A stretch of DNA of 64,000 nt from Sedimentisphaerales bacterium. GTDB lineage: Bacteria; Planctomycetota; Phycisphaerae; Sedimentisphaerales; SM23-30. The translations under genes and the position numbers were made by a program. The stretch's first letter is position 1, and each line of letters begins with the position of its first letter. Under the pieces are notes generated by a model that saw only the letters and a list, made by a program, of their open reading frames with translations, was not told the origin of the DNA and did no database searches. The DNA is taken from assembly GCA_963666285.1 (NCBI GenBank), contig OY762711.1, one strand, 5' to 3'. Of the stretch, positions 37,050 to 46,934 are shown piece by piece.

Positions 37050-38906
37050 TTATTCGTCATCATCGGATTTCTTACCGCCCTTTGTTCTTGAATCTTCAAG
37101 TACAACTTTCATATTCTCCAGCATTTTTTCTACCTTTTCATCTGGCAGGGCAAGAATATCTCTCACTGCTTCTCCGATAGCCGGCAGGTATTTCTTGATA
37201 TAGTCACGTTTCTTTGCTTCTTCTTTTGCCTTTTTCTGGCCTCGAACATATGAGCCCAGCCTGCGGCCGCATTCAGATATAGCCAGCTTAATCTCTTTGA
37301 TAATCTCCGGATAGTGTGCTACCGCTTCTTTACTTTCAGAGGTGAACGGTACCCATACAGAGGCGATATGTACGATCAGTGTAACCGAACCTGCCGGTAG
37401 GGCTCCTCGGCTCTGGCTAAGGCCGTATAGCCGCCAGTTTGTCTGGATGATACTCTTGGTTACCGCACATGCCGACTGCTGGTATAGCAATGGTACGCGA
37501 TTGGCAAATCTCAATACCCTCATTAGTTCCTGGGTTTCATCTTCGCCTTTTTTCTGGGCTACTCCTGCGGTAACATATCCTTTTCCTCCAAATGCCAGGG
37601 CGGCTTCGATCTGGAATGGATTGCCGCGGTACACTGCCGCTGGTCGTGTACAAACGGTATAAAACTCGGCATCTACTACTTCCTGCAATCCTTTCAGCAA
37701 TTCATCTTCACCAATCGGAACAACACAACTGGTGCTTGGCGCCATTATCTTGGTGTCATTGATTGCCTTGTATAATGCATCTGCTTCCTCGTGGCCTATT
37801 TGTTTGGGTTTGAACCGGGCTGATATCTTGGCCTTCTTTAAAATCTGGGCGCATACCGTAGGGCTCACCCTGGAGAATTCCTTGGTCAGGAAACCTGTAA
37901 TGGTTTTTTCTTCGGTGGTCTGTGCCATCTTCATTAGCACGCCAAGTTCAACTCCGTATGGATGGGGCCTGACTGCTTCCGGCACATGCACTACCTGTTC
38001 CACGGCACGGTTATATATATGCTCGATACCGTCAGGCATCCTGTATGTTATCCGAACGTGCGGGTTGGCGATTGCTGTCTGTGCCAGGTATTCGTCCACG
38101 CTCTGACGACCTCGCTGATAGCGGGCTTCCATCTCAATTTCGACTTTTGTCCCGCTTTTTACATCCCATTCAACAACTTCATCTTTGAAAATATCAGGCC
38201 TGTTCTTACCGGTGTCAATTCGTAGCTCATAGTAATGTGCATTTGCTTTCGGTCCGGTCTTACTGGTAATACAAACATTCTTTCCGGTTGTCAGCATACC
38301 ATACATGCCGGCTGCCGAGATACCAATTCCCTGCTGACCGCGCGACATACGCAGCGAATGAAACTTACTTCCGTATAATAGTCTGCCGAAAATATTTGGG
38401 ATCTGGCTTTTGACAATACCCGGTCCGTTATCCTGAACAGTTATCCTGAAGCGATTATCTGAACGCTGCTGAATTCCGACAAAAATGTCTGGCAGAATAT
38501 TGGCCTCTTCGCAGGCATCCATAGAGTTGTCAACCGCTTCTTTTATCGTGGTTAACAGTGCTTTGCTTGGATTATCGAAGCCGAGAAGATGTCTGTTCTT
38601 TGCAAAAAACTCACTTACTGCGATATCCTTCTGCTTATCGCTCATCGCCTGGGCGCGTTTTTCGATCTGATCATCTGAAATATGCTCTACCGTTTTACCT
38701 TTTCTTTTAGTGCTTTTACGCCTTACGGTTACAGCTTCTTTTTTCTTTTTCTCTGTTTTATCTTCTTTAAGGGTCAGTTTTTGGGAAACTCCCTTTTCCT
38801 TTACCTCTACATTTTTCTTGGCACTCTTCTTTACTTTTTTTGCCGGGGCTTCTTCCGATTCGTCAAAAAGAGTCATTTGATCGCTTGTGTTTTTCTTTCG
38901 GGCCAT
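37050..38906 (-). CDS. top6B: DNA topoisomerase VI subunit B
   Basis: SEFF.KN..LLGF, EAVDNSMDA, DNGPGI, GSKFH..RGQQGIGIS, RFANRVPL and VPFTSESKEA motifs. Confidence 0.95.
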   Translation of the reverse strand: MARKKNTSDQMTLFDESEEAPAKKVKKSAKKNVEVKEKGVSQKLTLKEDKTEKKKKEAVTVRRKSTKRKGKTVEHISDDQIEKRAQAMSDKQKDIAVSEFFAKNRHLLGFDNPSKALLTTIKEAVDNSMDACEEANILPDIFVGIQQRSDNRFRITVQDNGPGIVKSQIPNIFGRLLYGSKFHSLRMSRGQQGIGISAAGMYGMLTTGKNVCITSKTGPKANAHYYELRIDTGKNRPDIFKDEVVEWDVKSGTKVEIEMEARYQRGRQSVDEYLAQTAIANPHVRITYRMPDGIEHIYNRAVEQVVHVPEAVRPHPYGVELGVLMKMAQTTEEKTITGFLTKEFSRVSPTVCAQILKKAKISARFKPKQIGHEEADALYKAINDTKIMAPSTSCVVPIGEDELLKGLQEVVDAEFYTVCTRPAAVYRGNPFQIEAALAFGGKGYVTAGVAQKKGEDETQELMRVLRFANRVPLLYQQSACAVTKSIIQTNWRLYGLSQSRGALPAGSVTLIVHIASVWVPFTSESKEAVAHYPEIIKEIKLAISECGRRLGSYVRGQKKAKEEAKKRDYIKKYLPAIGEAVRDILALPDEKVEKMLENMKVVLEDSRTKGGKKSDDDE

Positions 38907-39114
38907 TCGTTATTCCTGGTTAACTTTTACGCTTTATAGTATGCCGGACAGTCAAAAGTACGGGTCGTACTCCTGTAAAGCCTTTAGTCACAAATCGTTA
39001 TAATATAAACAAACTAATAATATACATATAATAACTGGTTATGGCAATAAAAAATTATTAGCTAATTCCTTATATAATGGTCTTTTGATTGCAGGAAACC
39101 GTTTTTTTGCTAGA

Positions 39115-40266
39115 ATGACTGGGATGACATCAGAAGTAATACAATTATGTTGTGATTTGATTTCGATACCGAGCATTAACCCTCAAAGTACCAGGGATTT
39201 TGCACCTGACATCTATGGTGAGCAGCGAGCTGCCGGTTTTCTGGCTGGCTGGTTTATTGACCGCTCAATTCATGCCGAGGTCAAGGTACTTTCATCTGGT
39301 AGGGCCAATACGGTTGTCCATCTTAATGGTGCCGATAGCTCCAGGTGCTATTTGCTCTGTGGACACCTTGATACGGTAGGTGTTGAAGGTATGACCGCCC
39401 CTTTCAACCCTGAAATCAAAGATGGTAAAATATTCGGTCGTGGTGCCTGCGATGACAAAGGGCCGCTGGCTGCTATGTGTGTAGCTGCCGCCCAGCTCTA
39501 TAATGAGGGCAAATTGCCTTGCGATATTGTCGTTCTTGGCTCTTGTGGTGAGGAATTCGATATGCGCGGTGCCGCTGATTATGCCGCCGAACATGGCGAT
39601 AAGCTCACCGGTGCTGTTTTTGCCGAACCGACCGGGTTCGATATTATTTATGCCCATAAAGGTGTGGTTCGGCTGCGGGTCGTTGTTCCGGGTGTAAGTG
39701 CCCATAGCTCAATGCCCGAACTGGCTGATAATGCTATCTATTCTGCCGCTAAAGCTATTGCAGAAATAGAAAAATTTGCCGAGCTGAAGCGTAACCAGCG
39801 GTCTCATCCATTACTTGGTTCAGAGACCGTAGTGCCAACTATTATTAATGGCGGCAGTCAGATCAATGTTATCCCCGACAGTTGCGAGATTAAGATCGAT
39901 TGGCGAACTTTGCCCGGCCGGACAGTTCAAGATTGTGTCGCCGAGCTTGATATTTTCCTGAAAAATGATGTCAGAGACGATATCGAGGTTTTCCCTATGG
40001 AATCCGGTGCTGTTGCTATCGAAAGTGACAAGGATTCTGATATGATTGAAATCCTTAGCGAAACTTCTAAAGCGATGACTGGTAAAGGTGACAGGATCGT
40101 CGCCGGGTATGCTACCGACGGCAGTGCTTTGGCTAATCTCGGCATCCCGCTCGCCGTTTTTGGACCCGGTTCTGTTGCCCAGGCCCATAAAGCTGATGAG
40201 TATATTGAAATTGATCAGCTGGAAAAAGCTGTTGACGTCTTCAAGGAGTTTATCCTGAAACTATAA
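39115..40266 (+). CDS. M20 metallopeptidase (ArgE/DapE-like)
   Basis: GHLDTV, GRGACDDKG, EE, EPT and AH..DE motifs. Confidence 0.9.
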   Translation: MTGMTSEVIQLCCDLISIPSINPQSTRDFAPDIYGEQRAAGFLAGWFIDRSIHAEVKVLSSGRANTVVHLNGADSSRCYLLCGHLDTVGVEGMTAPFNPEIKDGKIFGRGACDDKGPLAAMCVAAAQLYNEGKLPCDIVVLGSCGEEFDMRGAADYAAEHGDKLTGAVFAEPTGFDIIYAHKGVVRLRVVVPGVSAHSSMPELADNAIYSAAKAIAEIEKFAELKRNQRSHPLLGSETVVPTIINGGSQINVIPDSCEIKIDWRTLPGRTVQDCVAELDIFLKNDVRDDIEVFPMESGAVAIESDKDSDMIEILSETSKAMTGKGDRIVAGYATDGSALANLGIPLAVFGPGSVAQAHKADEYIEIDQLEKAVDVFKEFILKL

Positions 40267-40391
40267 ATTGGGAAGATAATTTTATAGCTGGATAATGATT
40301 AGGATATTACTTTAGCTTTTAAAATATTTTACTCCTTAGACGAAAACTTTTTTTTTACACTTTTTATTTTAAAATTTACACTTGGATTTTC

Positions 40392-40622
40392 ATGGAAACT
40401 CCCGAACCGCATAATTTTGGCAAAATAATAATGGCACTGGGGCTTATGATAACCCTGGTTGGTGCGATCATTTTTGCTCTTGGCAAGCTTGGTATCAGCA
40501 AAATGCCCGGTGATATGAAGTTCGGCGATGAAAATTTCAAAGTATATTTTCCGCTTGGCACATGTATTTTAATCTCTGTTATTTTAACTCTGATTATGTG
40601 GCTGATAAAAATGTTTAAATAA
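40392..40622 (+). CDS. DUF2905 membrane protein
   Basis: MPGD...FKVYFPLGTCILISVILTL. Confidence 0.85.
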   Translation: METPEPHNFGKIIMALGLMITLVGAIIFALGKLGISKMPGDMKFGDENFKVYFPLGTCILISVILTLIMWLIKMFK

Positions 40623-40677
40623 TAGTACGGCAAAGCCGTCACCTAAACTTGTTACTTGTTTCTTATTACTTGTTACT
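40621..40677 (+). repeat. Hairpin-ACC-heptamer micro-module upstream of nadD
   Basis: ACGGC-AAA-GCCGT, CACC, then CTTGTTA CTTGTTT CTTATTA CTTGTTA. Confidence 0.7.
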
Positions 40678-40683
40678 ATCTTT

Positions 40684-41304
40684 ATGATCGGATATTCGAC
40701 AAAAAGTATCCTGCTTTACGGCGGCAGCTTTGACCCGATTCACAACGGGCATATTCATATTGCGCGTGAGGTTTACGATCAGCTGGATGTTGATAAGGTA
40801 ATATTTCTGCCCGCCGGTCTACCGCCGCACAAAGTGGATAGGAATATGACCCCGCCAATGCAGCGATACGAGATGGTCAAACTGGCTTTGGAATTTGAAC
40901 CTGCTTTTTCTGTCTCTGATTATGAGGTTACTATGGACGGGCCTAGTTTTACCGCCCATACTCTCCGATATTTTCGCAGTCAGTTTACCGGCTGTCGAAT
41001 CTTCTGGCTAATCGGTGGTGACAGCTTCAGTCAGCTTGCCAAATGGTACAAACCAGACCAGATTGTCGATATTTGTACTGTGGTAACTGTAAAACGTCCC
41101 GGGTTCGAACTCGATATCGAACCGCTCAAGGCAAAACTAACCGTCGAACAGATCGATAAACTGCTCGCCCACGTTATCGATATTCCGCTTACCGATGAAT
41201 CTTCTACCGAGGTTCGCAGGCGAGTCGCCGCAGGCGAACCTATCGATGATATGGTGCCAAAGAGCGTAGCGGAATATATCGAGAGGAATTATCTGTATCA
41301 ATAA
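40684..41304 (+). CDS. nadD: Nicotinate-nucleotide adenylyltransferase
   Basis: GGSFDPIHNGH, PPHK, IGGDS and SSTEVR motifs. Confidence 0.95.
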   Translation: MIGYSTKSILLYGGSFDPIHNGHIHIAREVYDQLDVDKVIFLPAGLPPHKVDRNMTPPMQRYEMVKLALEFEPAFSVSDYEVTMDGPSFTAHTLRYFRSQFTGCRIFWLIGGDSFSQLAKWYKPDQIVDICTVVTVKRPGFELDIEPLKAKLTVEQIDKLLAHVIDIPLTDESSTEVRRRVAAGEPIDDMVPKSVAEYIERNYLYQ

Positions 41305-41326
41305 GGTTAGGTTATGGAGATTTACT

Positions 41327-41956
41327 ATGGGAATGGAATCAATAGAGCTTATTATGGAAGTTGAAGATGAGTTTGGGATTAAGGTTTCAAATTCCGAAGC
41401 CGAGAAAACGATTACTGTTGAGCAATTTGTTGATCTGGTTTATTCATTGTTGCCAGAAGAGAATAAACAATTTACGGCAGAAGATCAAATTTGTCCTTCC
41501 CATAAAGGGTTCAATTTTGTACGAAAAGCGTTAATGGAACAGGCTGGAGTGGAAAGGGCGGCTATTAAACCTGATACTTTACTTGAAGATATTGTGCCGC
41601 GTGAGAATAGAATCAAAATATGGGAAAAAGTGAGAGAGGCCTTGGGGATTCATAGTTTCTTATATTCAGGGCTTGAGGCAACTAATGAAATAATTGGTAC
41701 AAATGAAATGCATAGCTTCAGGTTGTATATGCCGGAAATGAGGAGAACGGAATTCTCTGCAAGATGCAAAAAAGTTAAAGACCTGATTTGGCAAATCTGT
41801 AAAGCAAATCGCAAAAGAACATATTCGAAAAATAATATTTCTAAAAAGGATATATTTTCAGCAGTAAAATATATGATTTTAGATATTGGGTGTAATTTAA
41901 CTTATGAAGAAATAACGCCTGAATCTCGTTTTGTAGAAGATCTTGGGTTCGGCTAA
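41327..41956 (+). CDS. Acyl-carrier-protein-like hypothetical protein (permuted ACP halves)
   Basis: N-terminal IELIMEVEDEFGI...EAEK..TV and C-terminal EEITPESRFVEDLG. Confidence 0.7.
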   Translation: MGMESIELIMEVEDEFGIKVSNSEAEKTITVEQFVDLVYSLLPEENKQFTAEDQICPSHKGFNFVRKALMEQAGVERAAIKPDTLLEDIVPRENRIKIWEKVREALGIHSFLYSGLEATNEIIGTNEMHSFRLYMPEMRRTEFSARCKKVKDLIWQICKANRKRTYSKNNISKKDIFSAVKYMILDIGCNLTYEEITPESRFVEDLGFG

Positions 41957-41989
41957 AAAAAGCACCCTGCATATTTCTGCAAGGTGCTT
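41956..41989. terminator. Probable terminator between convergent genes
   Basis: AAGCACC-TGCA...TGCA-GGTGCTT stem preceded by an A-run. Confidence 0.6.
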
Positions 41990-42003
41990 CGGAGTTATTG
42001 TTG

Positions 42004-42684
42004 TTACCTTTTACGTTTTAATGTATGCAGTATGCCAAAAGACAGAAGAAACAAAGAACCTGGTTCAGGTGTAATTGACATTGATGTAAGATGACCATTT
42101 ATGCGAATTTCGCCATCATGTTTCCAGCTTACAGTAGGGTGTTGCTCCAACATTAAAACATAGAACTCATTTCTTTCGGTAAAATGTTCAATAGTCGTAA
42201 AGTAATCCTCCAGTGAATTCTGTTCAGTTAATGTCCATACGCCAAAAAGATGTAGGTATGTATAAGACCAGTCAATATCGTGCCATGTTTTTGACACTGA
42301 TTCGTCATATATGGAACCACTAAAAAATGGGCTGTCTGAGTCGGCACCATATATAAATTCATCAGCATAGTCTGTCAGGAGTGCTTTTCCGTCAGATAGG
42401 TCATCATGGGTAAATGTGTAATTGCCAATGGTCATTGAAATATCGTCGAGTGGATACTCATCATTGCTCCATGGGGTTGCTATTAGATTGTCCGTGTCAA
42501 ATGTGCAGTATCCGGTCATTTGTGTTTCGAGATTAACAGACTCGTCAAGCTGAAAACCATTTTTAAGGATTATCTCATCAATAACGCCGGTTACTGAAAT
42601 TGTATATACGGTTGCCTGAGAAACTGAGACAAATTGAAATAATACGATAAGTAGAAAAATATTTTTTAATAATACTTTTATCAT
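42004..42684 (-). CDS. Secreted PEP-CTERM protein
   Basis: AGGAG RBS, signal peptide, C-terminal TPEPGSLFLLSFGILHTLKRKR. Confidence 0.85.
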   Translation of the reverse strand: MIKVLLKNIFLLIVLFQFVSVSQATVYTISVTGVIDEIILKNGFQLDESVNLETQMTGYCTFDTDNLIATPWSNDEYPLDDISMTIGNYTFTHDDLSDGKALLTDYADEFIYGADSDSPFFSGSIYDESVSKTWHDIDWSYTYLHLFGVWTLTEQNSLEDYFTTIEHFTERNEFYVLMLEQHPTVSWKHDGEIRINGHLTSMSITPEPGSLFLLSFGILHTLKRKR

Positions 42685-42961
42685 AGTTTTACTCCTGAAT
42701 TGGGTGTGGATGTTATTAGAATAAACAATTTTTTGAGCAGCAATACGTATGCTCAAAATATTTTTTGTGAGTACTGCTGTATCAGAGGGTTTGCGCACAG
42801 ATACTATAGGGAGATGTTATAAGCACAAACCAATATGCTAGGCAGTACTATCAGGTGAAAATCGCACAAAAAAACTTAACTGTTTATAAACCACTAATTA
42901 TCATTATATCAAGCTTGTTCTAAAACGACCAAGATTTTTTGGAGAGTGAATTGTAATAAAT

Positions 42962-42998
42962 AAAAAATCACCTGTAATTTCTTGTAATTACAGGTGAT
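42962..42998 (-). terminator. Intrinsic terminator of the epimerase operon
   Basis: Perfect 13 bp stem ATCACCTGTAATT/AATTACAGGTGAT followed by a T-run on the minus strand. Confidence 0.8.
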
Positions 42999-43023
42999 AT
43001 GTATAGTTTAGAAAAAGTGTATT

Positions 43024-44043
43024 TTACGATATTGATTGAGATGACTTCGCTTTGTTCGGGTCGGTCATCTTATCCCAGCTTACTGTTGAACGAACCTGCT
43101 CGGCTATCCAATGGTAAGTCTTGGTCATTCCCTCTCGCAATGGCTGCGAGGGCTTCCAGCCCAGTTTATCCTCTAATAATGCATTATCTGAGTTTCTGCC
43201 GCGTACGCCCAGCGGGCCGTCGATATGCTTTACATGAACGGTCTTGCCGGCTATCTCGGCTACCATTTGGCATAAACCGTTTATCGATATCATCTCTTCT
43301 GAGCCTATATTAACCGGGCCGCAGAAATCTGAATTTACTAATCTTCTTACGCCTTCCAGGCATTCATCTATATACAGGAACGATCTGGTCTGTTTGCCGT
43401 CGCCCCACATCTCGATTGTACCTCCGTCCGGGGTCTCGGCTACTTTTCGACAGAACGCGGCTGGCGATTTCTCACGACCGCCGGTCCAGGTTCCTTCCGG
43501 GCCGAAGATATTATGGAACCGGGCAACTGAAACGTTCAGGCCTTTATTACGGCTGTATGCCAGGAATAGTCTCTCACTGAATAGCTTTTCCCAGCCGTAT
43601 TCACTGTCTGGTGCCGCCGGATAGGCAGATTCCTCTGAGCATTTGGGGTTATCCGGATCCAACTGGTTGTATTCCGGATAGATACACGCCGATGATGAAT
43701 AGAATAGTTTGTTTACGCCGGTTTTTACCGCCAGGTCCGCTATGTTGAGATTTATCGTCGCAGAGTTGTGCATGATATCTGCATCATGTTCTCCGGTAAA
43801 GACAAAACCTGCTCCGCCCATGTCAGCTGCCAGCTGATAGACTTCGTCATAATGGCGGTCCATAATTTCCCGGCATATCTCCTGGCTGCGTAGGTCGCCT
43901 ATTACAAATTCATCGGCTTCTGTCGGTGCAAATTCCGGATATTTCAGATCGATTCCAGTTACTTCATAGCCTTCCCGTTTCAATCTTTTGACTAGGTGGC
44001 TGCCAATGAATCCGCCGGCGCCGCAAACCAGGGCTGTTTTCAT
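43024..44043 (-). CDS. NAD-dependent epimerase, GDP-mannose 3,5-epimerase-like
   Basis: GAGGFIGSH, LAADMGG.GF, YSSSACIYP, YGWEK, GGREKSPAA and GVRGRNSDN motifs. Confidence 0.9.
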   Translation of the reverse strand: MKTALVCGAGGFIGSHLVKRLKREGYEVTGIDLKYPEFAPTEADEFVIGDLRSQEICREIMDRHYDEVYQLAADMGGAGFVFTGEHDADIMHNSATINLNIADLAVKTGVNKLFYSSSACIYPEYNQLDPDNPKCSEESAYPAAPDSEYGWEKLFSERLFLAYSRNKGLNVSVARFHNIFGPEGTWTGGREKSPAAFCRKVAETPDGGTIEMWGDGKQTRSFLYIDECLEGVRRLVNSDFCGPVNIGSEEMISINGLCQMVAEIAGKTVHVKHIDGPLGVRGRNSDNALLEDKLGWKPSQPLREGMTKTYHWIAEQVRSTVSWDKMTDPNKAKSSQSIS

Positions 44044-44048
44044 AATTC

Positions 44049-45458
44049 TTACCTCTTTGTTATCTTTTCTTGGTCCTGCTCAGAGTTAATATCTGCCTCT
44101 ATTCCGGCATTATTATTCAGTCGGTAACCCTGGGATTCTTCACAGAATGTTTCAGGATCGACTTTATAATGCGATATCTCAGAGATCTTTCGTTTTATGT
44201 AATCTGCATCTTCCATCTCTGAATAAATGCCGATCATTTTTCCGAGTTCCAGGTCAAAACTGTCCAGTATCTGTTCCCTGGCAAAATTCGACTGCCAGGT
44301 TTCAAATGTCCGAGCTTGAAGCTCCTTGATTTTGTCTGGATTATCCGAGAGCTCGATTAATTTATCGGCAACGATATTTATATTGCTTGAGTCTAAATAC
44401 AGTCCGATATTGTATTGGTTGAGCCATTTCTTTATCGCAGAATCCGGTGTACCGGCATATATCAATGGCCGTCCGGCAGCGATTGAGCCAAAAAACTTCG
44501 ATGGTACTACCAAACCTTCCCAGCCTTCACGCAGGCTTATCAAATGTATATCAGCTGCCGTTAGTCTCAGTGGCAATTCCCTCTCATTCGCGAAACCGGC
44601 AAATGTGATATTGGTGTCTTCTTCGGTTACCATTTCACGGAGCTGGCTGTATCGGTTGCCCCGACCGGCAAAACATATACTTATATCTGCCTTGCGGCGA
44701 CGAAGCTCTCTTGCTAGCTCGATAAACTCGGTAAAAGTATGGGCCTGACCGATTGTGCCAGAGTATAAAAGTGTTAATTTGCTGTTGCTAAATAACTTAT
44801 GACGTATTTCAGGATCAGGTTCCTTTATTTCGCCCGGCTCAGATATTGCCCAGGGTATCAATGTTGCAACCTTAGCTTTAGATTGATACTTCTCAATTCG
44901 TTTCCGCATGCAATCACCGATATCTACGATTAGATCCATTGATTTATAACTCAATCCGGCAAATGGGCTAACCATTCTGGTGAGGGCTTTGATCCAAAGC
45001 GGCAGAGGCTCCATTGTTTGAATTGCTTCTGGGTAAAGGTCAAATGCCCACATTGCTATTTTTGTTTTACGCTTAAACAGCTTTATCAGCGGGCAGATTA
45101 AATAACCCATCTGTGGATCGGTACCCAATAAGATAGCGTCATAACTACCTGAAAATAATATCTTTAAAAGCCATTTTGTTGATATCCACGCTGAATTTGC
45201 CATTCTGGAGATGTTTTTACCCTGATCCAGGCCGGGGCGGCTCATACGTATGACTTTTACACCGCATATTTTCTCTATCTTTGGAAATATCTCTCTTTTT
45301 GAATCCCTGCAGTATCTGTCACTGGTTAATACTGTTACATCCCAGCCTCTTTCAACCAGGCCTTCCGCCAGGTCTGAGAAGTGCCGCGCAGATATTACAT
45401 CATCTGGCTTATAGAAATGATAGAGAATCAATATCTTCTGTTTGTTTTGTGCCTGCAT
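44049..45458 (-). CDS. Glycosyltransferase family 4 (WcaI/WbuB-like)
   Basis: DLYPE, LYSGTIGQAH and VVPSKF motifs. Confidence 0.85.
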   Translation of the reverse strand: MQAQNKQKILILYHFYKPDDVISARHFSDLAEGLVERGWDVTVLTSDRYCRDSKREIFPKIEKICGVKVIRMSRPGLDQGKNISRMANSAWISTKWLLKILFSGSYDAILLGTDPQMGYLICPLIKLFKRKTKIAMWAFDLYPEAIQTMEPLPLWIKALTRMVSPFAGLSYKSMDLIVDIGDCMRKRIEKYQSKAKVATLIPWAISEPGEIKEPDPEIRHKLFSNSKLTLLYSGTIGQAHTFTEFIELARELRRRKADISICFAGRGNRYSQLREMVTEEDTNITFAGFANERELPLRLTAADIHLISLREGWEGLVVPSKFFGSIAAGRPLIYAGTPDSAIKKWLNQYNIGLYLDSSNINIVADKLIELSDNPDKIKELQARTFETWQSNFAREQILDSFDLELGKMIGIYSEMEDADYIKRKISEISHYKVDPETFCEESQGYRLNNNAGIEADINSEQDQEKITKR

Positions 45459-45750
45459 TATTTACTTCTCATGCTTTTACCGGCAATAGATTAAGAATTG
45501 CTCTTCAGCAGATATTGCTTTGTTTGCCGATCTATTGGCATAAATTGCGCGGTCTGCAATTATTGCCATACTCTGCGCAATATATGCGCTGTGGATATCC
45601 TGTGCAAATCTTAATAGCTATGGTCCAATAAAACTTGATGGGCCTACTAAAATATTTATGCTTAATATTTATCTGCTATTAAAGGAGTTATGGTTGAAAA
45701 AAAATAAAATATCTCAAAAAAGAATAAATTATGGGACCTTTATTTGATTT

Positions 45751-45766
45751 TGGCATGACTGTTGTA
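45751..45766 (+). promoter_or_regulatory. Candidate sigma-54 (-24/-12) promoter of the flagellar cluster
   Basis: TGGCATG-N4-TTGTA has correct spacing, with GT replacing the canonical -12 GC. Confidence 0.4.
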
Positions 45767-46106
45767 TTTAGAACCATGACGAGACTTGCATGTGTTTAAC
45801 GCGGACCATAGTTTGGAGAATTATGGACGCTTTAATTAGAGCTAAGAGCATAACTGTTATGCTCAATATTAACCTGATATTTGAGGAATATTGGATGGAG
45901 CCAATAATCAGCAAAACTTTATCCGGGGACATGGATAACAAGAGTCGGATAGACTCGATGCTGAATGACCTTGTTAGTGGTCGCTTATCGCAACGGATTG
46001 CGGAAGTGGCTGCCCTGGCTGCTGCCAGGCATATGTATCAGGAAGCTCAAGAGATGCGGTCTACAGTCGAGGCGGAGTACTCGACTCAATAGCTTAAGGA
46101 TGAGCG

Positions 46107-46862
46107 ATGCTATACGGAATGTATATATCAGCTGCTGGTGCAATGGCCAATTCGTATAAACAGGATGTTGTTGCGAATAACTTGGCAAATGTTGACACCA
46201 CCGCATTTAAAAAAGACCTGGCGCTGTTCAGGGCCCGGCCGACTGAGGCTGCCCTGAATGGATCCAGACGTTTTTCTGATGCCATGCTGGAAAGTACCGG
46301 CGGTGGTATTTTTGCGCTTCCTACTCATACTGACTTCTCTCAAGCATCTCTTGAAAAAACCGATTCTCCTTACGATGTTGCTCTGACCGATGATGGGTTC
46401 TTCCAGGTTCAAATGGGTGATGATACCTATTATACCCGTGATGGTAGATTTATGACTGCCGAAGATGGAATGACTCTGGTTACGGTTGCTGGACAGCTGC
46501 CGGTGCTAAGCTCTGAAGGAGAAGTTATTACCCTGCTGCCTGGCATTGAGCCCGTTATTGATAGTAATGGTTTTATCTCTCAAAACGGTCAGAATGTTGC
46601 CAGGCTCGGTGTCGTTAACTTTGAAGATACTAATCAGTTGACCAAAAAGGGTAGTAATATGTATCAGGCAGATGCAGCGTTAGCGCAACCGGCGGATGTT
46701 ACTATGAGGCAGAATTATACTGAAACTTCCGGCGTAAATGCCTTGGAAGAATTAACTGAAATGATTAAAGCTCAACGTGCCTTTCAGAGCAATGTTATGA
46801 TGATGCAGATTCAGGATCAGACATTGGCTTCTGCTGTTGGTAAGTTGGGCATGATTAGTTGA
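46107..46862 (+). CDS. flgF: Flagellar basal-body rod protein FlgF
   Basis: ANNLAN.DT..FK, YTRDGRF and SGVN motifs; precedes flgG. Confidence 0.85.
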   Translation: MLYGMYISAAGAMANSYKQDVVANNLANVDTTAFKKDLALFRARPTEAALNGSRRFSDAMLESTGGGIFALPTHTDFSQASLEKTDSPYDVALTDDGFFQVQMGDDTYYTRDGRFMTAEDGMTLVTVAGQLPVLSSEGEVITLLPGIEPVIDSNGFISQNGQNVARLGVVNFEDTNQLTKKGSNMYQADAALAQPADVTMRQNYTETSGVNALEELTEMIKAQRAFQSNVMMMQIQDQTLASAVGKLGMIS

Positions 46863-46934
46863 TAACATAAATAACAAATAACTAATGGCTGTAGCGTACT
46901 TTTACGCTGCCGCTGGTTATAAAAAAGGAATACT

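Noticed and set aside
45790..46092. ORF upstream of flgF as a defined flagellar gene
   Set aside because: May be coding from about 45895, but no motif was recognised and the start is unclear, so no call was made.
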